Positions 58,501-64,000 of a stretch of DNA of 64,000 nt are shown piece by piece. Each line of letters begins with the position of its first letter. Position 1 is the first letter of the stretch. The notes below the pieces were generated by a model. That model did not search any database. It saw only the letters and a list, made by a program, of their open reading frames with translations, and had not been told where the DNA came from. The stretch is from Clostridia bacterium. Lineage in GTDB: Bacteria > Bacillota > Clostridia > Oscillospirales > RGIG577. Position numbers and translations under genes: made by a program. The stretch lies in contig JAFWDJ010000022.1 in the NCBI GenBank assembly GCA_017513095.1, forward strand, positions 44,755 to 108,754, in the 5' to 3' direction.

Positions 58501-61500
58501 GAACGCCGCCTTTTTTACGTTGGGTATAACGAAAGCGCGGGAAAGTACGACGCGGCGTATTACGACCTTCTCGCGTCCGAGGCGCGCCTTGCAAGCTTTG
58601 CAGCCTGTGCGCTTCGGCAGGTGCCTGTCGAGCACTGGAGGTCTCTTTCGCGCGCGCATCTTCGCGTCGGCCGATACGGGGGACTCGGCTCCTGGACGGG
58701 CACGATGTTTGAGTACTTTATGCCGTGCCTTCTGATGCCGCCGTACCATGATTCTTTGATCTGCGACGGCCTTAAATTCTCGCTTTTCGCCCAGCGGCGG
58801 CGCGTGGGAAGGAATAATATTTTCGGCATATCCGAAAGCGCGTACTGCGCCTTCGATCAGAGCTTTTCGTATCGGTATAAGGCGTTCGGCATACCCGCGC
58901 TTGCGAGAAAACGCGACGCTGACGGCGCGCTCGTCATCTCGCCGTATTCGTCGTATCTCGCCCTGACTGTCGACACGCGCGCGGCGTTTGACAATCTTAT
59001 GCGCTTAAAGGGCGTCTGCCCGATGGGCAAATACGGCTTTTATGAGGCGATGGACTTTGAAAACCGCTTAGGCGGTGAGGACTTTGCGATAGCAAAAACG
59101 TTTATGGCGCATCATATCGGCATGAGCATGATATCGTGCGCGAACGCGGTATTCGGCGGTATTATGCAGCAGCGCTTTATGAGTGACAGGCGGATGAGCG
59201 CGTTTTCGATGCTTTTAAAGGAGCGCGCCGGAGGAGCCGCCGTATCCCGCGAAAGGCATACGCGCGACGCAGGGCCGCTGCCGCCCAAAGCGGCCGACTC
59301 GTCCGCCTTTGAATATGAAACGGACGAGATTGACGCGTTCTCGCCGATTGCGCAGGCGACAGGCTCGCGCCGCTTTTCAAGCGTCACGACGGACGCGGGC
59401 GCGGGATACGCTCGCTTCGGGGGCATTTGCGCCACGCGCAGGGGCTTTCGCGCCGAGGACGAAAAGGGAATTTTCTTTTTCGCGGGCGATAAAAAAAGCG
59501 GCGAGTGCTTCGGGCTTACGTTTGCGCCCGCGTACGATAAGGGCGTAAAATACCGCGTGCGCTTTTTGGGGCACGCCGCCTCGTTTTTCGCCGAAGGGTA
59601 CGGATTATCGTCCCGGCTCGATATATTCTCGGGCGCAGGCAGACCGCTTGAAATAAGGCATGCCGCCCTCGAAAACACCTGTGCCTTCGAACGTGAAGCT
59701 TCGCTTTCTATATACTTTGAGCCGGTGCTCTCGCCGTTTTCCGAGGACGCCGCGCATCCGGCTTTTTCAAACCTTTTCATAGAGACAAGCTATAACGAGA
59801 GCGACAGGCTTCTTATTGTGAAGCGCCGCGCGCGCGACGGCTCGGGCGCGGCGGCGTATCTTGTCGCCGCCTTCTTCGGCGATACGGATGCGATTTTTGT
59901 CACGACGTCGAAGCGATGTGTGCGCACGCGCCTTTCGGGCGCGTGTGAGCTTCCCCATGAGGCGATGTGCGCCGAAGAAAGCGTGTTCGGCGGCGTTACC
60001 GAGCCGTGCGTTTTCGCACGCGCGGACAAAACTATAATAAAAGGCGAGAGGGTAACGCTCGGCGCGGTCATTGCGGCGGGGAAAAGCCTTTCGGAGCTTT
60101 TAACGCTCGCACGGAGCTGCCGCAGTAAATCGGAGGCCGATATAATTATAAAGGAGGCCGCGGCGCGCACGGCGGCCGAAAACGATATAGGCAGGCTTTC
60201 AGATGATATAAGACGGCGCGCGCTTTCTTTGCTTCCCTGCCTTTATAAGAACATGCCCGCGCGCGACGCGCTCGCGCCGCATATAGAGGCCAATACGCTT
60301 AAAAAAAGCGCGCTTTGGAAATACGGCGTATCGGGCGATCTTCCGATAATGCTCGTGCGTTACGGCGACGAGGACGACCGGGGTAAGCTTTGGGACGCCC
60401 TTAGGACCTTTCTTCTTTTCTATATGCGCGGCGAGGAGGCCGATCTCGTCGTCTTATACCGCGAAAGCGGCGAATATATGCGCCCCGTGGAGCGCCAAAT
60501 CCGCGCGGCAGCGCAAAAGTTAAGGCTCGGCGCGCTTATCGGCGCGCGCGGCGGCGTTCATTTGATAAACGCGCTTGCCATCCCGCCGGAGGATGAAACG
60601 CTGATACTTTCGTGCGCCGCCTTCGTTTTCGGGGAGGGAAGCGACGAACGCGTGAGCGGGCGCGCGCCGAAAACGTATAAAATAAACCGTGAGACGAAAA
60701 CGGCGTGCCCCAATCTTAAATTCTTTAACGGCTTCGGCGGATTTGCGTCTGACGGCTACGTCGTGTGCGGCGTTCCGCCCGCGCCGTATTCGCACGTTCT
60801 GTCGAACGGACGCGCGGGCGCGGTACTGTCGGGCGCGGGCGGCGGATATACGTTCATTGACAACGCGCGGGAATATAAGATAACGCCGATGACGTCCGAC
60901 GCGCTGTGCGAGCCCGCGACCGAGACCATGCGCCTTTTCTTCGGCGGCGAAGAGGTGTTTTTGGAGCGCCCCATAGGCGGCGGCGAAAGAGACGTAAAGT
61001 ACGAGGCGGGCGCGGCCGTATACACGCTTTCAAAGGACGGCGTTCGCGCAAGCGAGACGGTGTTCATTCCTATGGGCGTTAAGGCCGCGGCGCGCATTGT
61101 AACTGTAAATAACGACACGGGCGAAAATTTAACCGTGCGCGCGGTGTTCTGCGCGCCGCTCGTGCTCGGAGACGACGAAAACTCGACTTTTCGCCATATC
61201 GTCACGTCGTACGACGCCGAAAGAAAGCTTCTTACGGCGAGAAACGCCGCGAACAATGATTTCGGGGACTATACGGCCTTCGTTTACTGCGGCGCGCTCT
61301 CTGCGTATACGTGCGAATACGAGGACGCGCTGTCGGGACGCTGCGACACCGGGAAAACGGGATACGTGCGCCGCGCCTGCTTTTCGGTTTGCTGCGACCT
61401 TCAAATATCATCGGGAGACAGCGCGTCGTTCGTGATTATTATGGGCGCGTATTCAAACGAAGACGAGCTTTCGCGCGCGCTCGGCAGTACCGCGCCGCGG

Positions 61501-63060
61501 AAGATGCGCGATATCCTCTGCGGCGTCAAAAGAGACTTTAAAACGCTTCTTTCCAAAATAGAAATAAGCTCGCCCGACGAAAGGCTCAACGCGCTTTCAA
61601 ACGGCCCGCTTTTATATCAGACGCTCGTCTGCCGCATGACGGCGCGCACCTCGTTTTATCAGTGCGGCGGCGCGTGGGGCTTTCGAGACCAGCTTCAGGA
61701 CTGCCTGGCCGTTTTGTATATCGACCCCGCAGTAGTGCGGGAGCACATCATACGCGCCTGCTCGCACCAATTCACGGAGGGCGACGTACAGCACTGGTGG
61801 CACCCCATACCGCCCGCGCGCGAGGGCGACGCCCACCGCGGCGTGCGCAGCCGCTGCACGGACGACAGGCTGTGGCTCGTGTTTACGGCGATGCGATACG
61901 CCGAATTTACGGGCGATAGCGGGATTTTCTCACAAGACGCGCCCTTTATAACGCAGCCGCCGCTTAAACCGGACGAGCGCGAGAGCTACGGTGTGCCGAA
62001 AAAAACATGCGAACGCGCGAGCGTATTCGAGCACTGCGTGCGCGCCGTTGATTCGGCGCTGTCACAGGGCGCACACGGCCTTATAAAAATAGGCGGCGGC
62101 GATTGGAACGATGGCTTTAATAAAGTAGGAGAAGCGGGAGAGGGCGAAAGCGTATGGCTTTCGTGGTTTCTCTGCGGCATCCTCGCCGATTTTTCAAAGG
62201 TCTGCGAGGAGTTCGGCCGCTTTGAGCTGTCGATGCGCTATAACGGAGAGGCGAAGCGCCTTCTTTCGGCCATCGAACGGGAGGCGTGGGACGGCGACAG
62301 ATACGTTCGCGCCTTTTACGACGACGGCACGCCGCTCGGCGCGCGCGAATGCCGCGAATGTAAAATTGACTCTCTTTCGCAGAGCTTTTCGGTCATTTCC
62401 GGGCCCGACGATATAAGCGAAAGAAAGCTTACCGCGATTAAAACGGCGGTACGGGAGCTTTACGACAGGGAGCACGCTCTTGTGCGGCTTTTTTGGCCGC
62501 CGTTTGACGAGTGCGATAAAAATCCCGGCTACGTTAAGGGCTATATCCCGGGAGTCAGGGAAAACGGCGGCCAGTATACGCACGCCTCGCTGTGGCTCTG
62601 CCGCGCGCTCTTTTGGGCGGGCGAGCATGACACGGCCTATGAGCTTCTGTCGGCGCAAAATCCGATACGTCACGCCGATACGAAAAAGAAGGCGGAGCGC
62701 TACCGCACCGAGCCATACGCCGTCGCGGCGGACGTTTACTCGGTCGGAGAGAATGCGGGAGTTGGCGGCTGGAGCTGGTACACGGGCGCGGCCGCGTGGT
62801 ATTACGTCGTTGTAATCGAGGATTTGTTCGGCATAAGGATAAGAGGCGGCAGGCTTGAGATTTCGCCGCATCTTCCGGGCTTCTGGGACGGCGCGGCGCT
62901 CACTCTTCGCCATGACGGCTGCGAATACCGCATAAGATACGAAAACCGCGAAAAGAAAAACGGCGCGCCCGCGGTCACGCTTGACGGCGTACGCATGGCG
63001 TCAAACGAAATAGAGCTTAGAAGCGATAAAAATTTTTACGATGTGCTTGTTGAGGTTTGA
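55549..63060 (+). CDS. cyclic beta-1,2-glucan synthase-like giant protein (membrane GT84-type glycosyltransferase + glucan-processing middle domain + GH94 phosphorylase-like C-terminus)
   Basis: 2503-aa uninterrupted ORF with a GGAGAAG RBS. It has TM segments, the processive-GT motif QARWTRGD, the glucoamylase-like motif RTSPTNIGLSLL, and GH94-like C-terminal motifs (FRDQLQD, HWWHP, RSRCTDDRLWL, GGGDWND, NGGQYTH). Confidence 0.8.
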   Translation: MFARGFVWDDAAAEFLIRERTVSCRAACRLAKMSLAALREAADCGTRPESESRAWLYDNIEMIAESVEGALKTAASLGKMRSVKAAGGRYPVSFVLSYKYLSENENLIEKAGLSAYLKAAAREYELKSGEIGCFDTMLVLSLAVRMAREGEKSVLRVKNAVTSLAALSSTDFSDVFFAASPVEEILSRDPAGIYARMDKKTRLYYHSRAEKLSRIKRISEREAALLSIEAAENETDERKRHVGFFLSEGAPGLNREREDAASAHVFYIASLTVIGAFFAAFFTGGALPAIFSSIFLFEILKKIITRLGLSQTAPSAVLRMDFTRGVPDSHRTLVVISALLDSRACVERFSSLLEEYYLSNRDDNISFGILGDLRDTKKPDEKADGELVSYAREAIARLNEKYAPSPFCLFVRRRIYNEKHGRYMSYERKRGALLELSRLIDTGERGTFCDIVCARAPSSFEHVVTLDFDTRPAPYSVIRLIEAAAHPVNVPRISKDGARVDSGYGILQPRITPELTGADAPLFLRVISGAGGVSAYLNLSGDKYQDFFGDGTYIGKGLFSPRIFSRVLGGAIADNAVLSHDLLEGTYVRVRFVSDVEWTDSEPPTFRAFFTRQARWTRGDFQLLPWLFFRVRDRAGKRVRNPIGWLGRVKIAETLFRALVPAFMTFTAAASAVAAPSFGYFPFVMMIVNLLLPTAGSALSRLRGPRRARTVSQVLSPTAGSLIRAAVSFSILPFEAAQNVGCALKSIWRMAVTKKNLLDWTSAQFFEASGESAGAYYRYMFACPLFSAVLLFFSQNPLAVTLAAIFAASPAAAFLLSRRPKPKGGLSKEERDELSAHARLMWGYFKDMLTAGDNYLIPDNFQTEPYNGAAHRTSPTNIGLSLLCMLAAYDFSLIEKKELFSCVENTLNTVEKLEKYRGHLYNWYDTETLSVLSPRYVSTVDSGNFTGCLIALREGLRALGAPDELTERMWRLIDGTDFAALYSDERRLFYVGYNESAGKYDAAYYDLLASEARLASFAACALRQVPVEHWRSLSRAHLRVGRYGGLGSWTGTMFEYFMPCLLMPPYHDSLICDGLKFSLFAQRRRVGRNNIFGISESAYCAFDQSFSYRYKAFGIPALARKRDADGALVISPYSSYLALTVDTRAAFDNLMRLKGVCPMGKYGFYEAMDFENRLGGEDFAIAKTFMAHHIGMSMISCANAVFGGIMQQRFMSDRRMSAFSMLLKERAGGAAVSRERHTRDAGPLPPKAADSSAFEYETDEIDAFSPIAQATGSRRFSSVTTDAGAGYARFGGICATRRGFRAEDEKGIFFFAGDKKSGECFGLTFAPAYDKGVKYRVRFLGHAASFFAEGYGLSSRLDIFSGAGRPLEIRHAALENTCAFEREASLSIYFEPVLSPFSEDAAHPAFSNLFIETSYNESDRLLIVKRRARDGSGAAAYLVAAFFGDTDAIFVTTSKRCVRTRLSGACELPHEAMCAEESVFGGVTEPCVFARADKTIIKGERVTLGAVIAAGKSLSELLTLARSCRSKSEADIIIKEAAARTAAENDIGRLSDDIRRRALSLLPCLYKNMPARDALAPHIEANTLKKSALWKYGVSGDLPIMLVRYGDEDDRGKLWDALRTFLLFYMRGEEADLVVLYRESGEYMRPVERQIRAAAQKLRLGALIGARGGVHLINALAIPPEDETLILSCAAFVFGEGSDERVSGRAPKTYKINRETKTACPNLKFFNGFGGFASDGYVVCGVPPAPYSHVLSNGRAGAVLSGAGGGYTFIDNAREYKITPMTSDALCEPATETMRLFFGGEEVFLERPIGGGERDVKYEAGAAVYTLSKDGVRASETVFIPMGVKAAARIVTVNNDTGENLTVRAVFCAPLVLGDDENSTFRHIVTSYDAERKLLTARNAANNDFGDYTAFVYCGALSAYTCEYEDALSGRCDTGKTGYVRRACFSVCCDLQISSGDSASFVIIMGAYSNEDELSRALGSTAPRKMRDILCGVKRDFKTLLSKIEISSPDERLNALSNGPLLYQTLVCRMTARTSFYQCGGAWGFRDQLQDCLAVLYIDPAVVREHIIRACSHQFTEGDVQHWWHPIPPAREGDAHRGVRSRCTDDRLWLVFTAMRYAEFTGDSGIFSQDAPFITQPPLKPDERESYGVPKKTCERASVFEHCVRAVDSALSQGAHGLIKIGGGDWNDGFNKVGEAGEGESVWLSWFLCGILADFSKVCEEFGRFELSMRYNGEAKRLLSAIEREAWDGDRYVRAFYDDGTPLGARECRECKIDSLSQSFSVISGPDDISERKLTAIKTAVRELYDREHALVRLFWPPFDECDKNPGYVKGYIPGVRENGGQYTHASLWLCRALFWAGEHDTAYELLSAQNPIRHADTKKKAERYRTEPYAVAADVYSVGENAGVGGWSWYTGAAAWYYVVVIEDLFGIRIRGGRLEISPHLPGFWDGAALTLRHDGCEYRIRYENREKKNGAPAVTLDGVRMASNEIELRSDKNFYDVLVEV

Positions 63061-63159
63061 AAAAGCCGCGAATAATGATATACTATAATTTAAGATATTT
63101 TACGAGACGCCCGCCTTTGGCGGGCGGATGACGCAGAATACATTCCGGGAGTGAAATAA

Positions 63160-64000
63160 ATGGATTATAAACGTATAGAACTTAAAAACGGCGCGGGACT
63201 CAACATCATATCGACCGGTAAATTCAAGACGGGCTTTTTGAGTCTTAATTTCATAAGGCCGCTTTCTCGCGGAGAGAACGCGAAGAACGCGCTGCTCGTG
63301 CAGGTGCTGCGGCGCGGCTGCGAAGGCCTTGAAACGCAGCAAAAAATCAACGCGGAGCTTTCAAAAAATTACGGTATGCGCCTTGAGCCTATCGTAAGAA
63401 AACGCGGCGAATGCCAGGTCTTCGGCTTTTACTGCACGATGATAAACAACTCGTTCGCCTTTGAGGGCGAGAACATCTTTAAGAACGCCGTAACCATCAT
63501 GGAAAAGCTCATGTTCGAGCCGCTGATTGCGGACGGCGCTTTTTTGGAAGAATACGTCGAAAGCGAGAAGCGCAATCTTAAAAATTATATCGCGGCGCAG
63601 ATAAACGACAAGATATCGTATTCTATAAAGCGCGCCTCGGAGGAGATGTGTGCGTGCGAGCCCTACGCGCTTTCGGCCTACGGCGAGGCCGAGGATGTGG
63701 ACGGTATAACGCCGCGCGAGCTTTACGAGCATTACAGGCTCATCATAAAGGAAGCAAAAACGGAAGCCTTTTACGTCGGGAGCGAGGACGAGGATACTTT
63801 AAAGGCCGCGTTTGTGCATCTTCGGGCGCTTTCAAAGAGACCGGCCGATACGCTGCCGAAGCCCGTCGTAACAGGCGACGTAAAAGAGGTGCGCAGGGTA
63901 ACCGAGGAGCTTAAAGTTGCCCAGGGCAAGCTTGCCATAGGCTGCCGCACGGGCATTACGGAGGGCGACGCGCTTTATCCCGCGCTCGTGCTCGCGAACG
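63160..64000 (+). CDS. M16 (insulinase/pitrilysin) family protein, YfmF-like, 5' partial (runs off window)
   Basis: This ORF is absent from the track because it has no stop in the window. I translated it by hand from the ATG at 63160 (after GGGAGTG): MDYKRIELKNGAGLNIISTGKFKTGFLSLNFIRPL... It stays open to 64000. No HxxEH motif is visible in the part seen. Confidence 0.65.
   Translation, partial: MDYKRIELKNGAGLNIISTGKFKTGFLSLNFIRPLSRGENAKNALLVQVLRRGCEGLETQQKINAELSKNYGMRLEPIVRKRGECQVFGFYCTMINNSFAFEGENIFKNAVTIMEKLMFEPLIADGAFLEEYVESEKRNLKNYIAAQINDKISYSIKRASEEMCACEPYALSAYGEAEDVDGITPRELYEHYRLIIKEAKTEAFYVGSEDEDTLKAAFVHLRALSKRPADTLPKPVVTGDVKEVRRVTEELKVAQGKLAIGCRTGITEGDALYPALVLAN

Noticed and set aside
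63100-63130. The hairpin ACGCCCGCC-TTTG-GCGGGCGG after the glucan synthase gene, considered as a terminator.
   Set aside because: The stem is good but it has no T-tract on either strand, so it may be a weak or factor-dependent stop. It was not called as an intrinsic terminator.

Overview
This is a GC-rich chromosomal segment that looks like a Firmicutes/Clostridia genome. The evidence is a Bacillus-type long SRP RNA directly upstream of dnaX-ybaB-recR, a dgt-dnaG-sigA block, a hisZ-containing his operon, and rnfCDGEAB gene order. Most of the window is housekeeping: a glycyl-radical enzyme activase, murD, three tandem M42 aminopeptidases, ynbB-like/hflX/yigZ, dgt-dnaG, two tandem primary-type sigma factors, and SRP RNA-dnaX-ybaB-recR. 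It also holds thiM-thiE, a DUF134/NifX-Mrp pair, the his operon on the minus strand, coaX, a class A PBP, rlmB, ychF, an OmpR/HK/HtrA module, and the Rnf complex. A 2503-aa cyclic beta-1,2-glucan synthase-like gene and the start of an M16-family protein close the window. I found no tRNA, rRNA or CRISPR array. I do not see a clear-cut multi-gene novel system. The items most worth a second look are: (1) a 217-bp structured, MITE/PATE-like element in two same-orientation copies (about 18655 and 33111) with conserved ends and a diverged centre; (2) an AT-rich 1.2-kb insertion bracketed by 423-bp direct repeats of the activase 3' end, carrying one orphan gene; (3) a 1056-aa protein that aligns to P1B-type ATPases but has lost the catalytic motifs and gained a roughly 500-aa acidic N-terminal extension; (4) tandem duplicated sigA-type sigma factors; (5) a his operon with a hisA-hisI fusion and no hisH/hisF. 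All family assignments come from motif recognition by eye, since no database search was possible. Many long antisense ORFs in the track are shadow ORFs typical of GC-rich coding DNA and were not called.
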